Below the pieces are notes generated by a model. It made no database searches and was not told where the DNA came from. It saw nothing but the letters and a program-made list of their open reading frames with translations. A program made the translations under genes and the position numbers. Below are positions 63,801 to 64,000 of a stretch of DNA of 64,000 nucleotides, piece after piece. Source of the stretch: Mobula hypostoma (taxonomy: Eukaryota); the NCBI RefSeq assembly GCF_963921235.1, contig NC_086097.1:155746001-155810000 (forward strand). The letters are read 5' to 3'. Position 1 is the first letter of the stretch, and each line of letters begins with the position of its first letter.

Positions 63801-64000
63801 TATAAACTAGAAGACTTCAAACGACTTCATTTTAGAGTCTAGTGATAAAATAAGAGCTATCACTTTACTGAGGTACACAACAAACAGTCAAACAAAGAAA
63901 AGGAAAGGAGTGAATCATAAAGTTCCTGGTTGCATGCTATTTCCACTTCCCATTCCCCTGCTGATCTGTCTGCTCTTGCTCTTCTCCACTGCCAGGATCA

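Overview
This is an AT-rich, CpG-depleted eukaryotic intronic or intergenic window, almost entirely transposable-element debris. The repeat mix (CR1, Rex1/Babar, HE1/V-SINE-like SINEs, abundant Penelope fragments) suggests a shark or ray, but that is an inference. I found no intact host gene. Recognisable elements are a Tc1>CR1>Rex1 three-layer nest, a Gypsy-type solo LTR, a Gypsy relic carrying a young L1, a BEL/Pao relic, an R4/Dong LINE, Chapaev3, Harbinger and Tc1 DNA elements, RTE-type short elements, and Penelope elements with GIY-YIG and minimal hammerhead motifs. Three observations stand out. (1) A 542-bp TSD-flanked RTE-type element (28515-29056) contains a circularly permuted piece of the host gene ZFTRAF1/CYHR1 (reconstructed circle about 166 bp), consistent with capture of a small circular DNA or RNA. 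(2) Two different RTE-type families begin with a predicted HDV/CPEB3-like ribozyme carrying an extra hairpin between L3 and P3. (3) A 250-bp palindromic mini-Penelope has a hammerhead motif on each strand. All family and gene names come from motif recognition by eye, not database searches.
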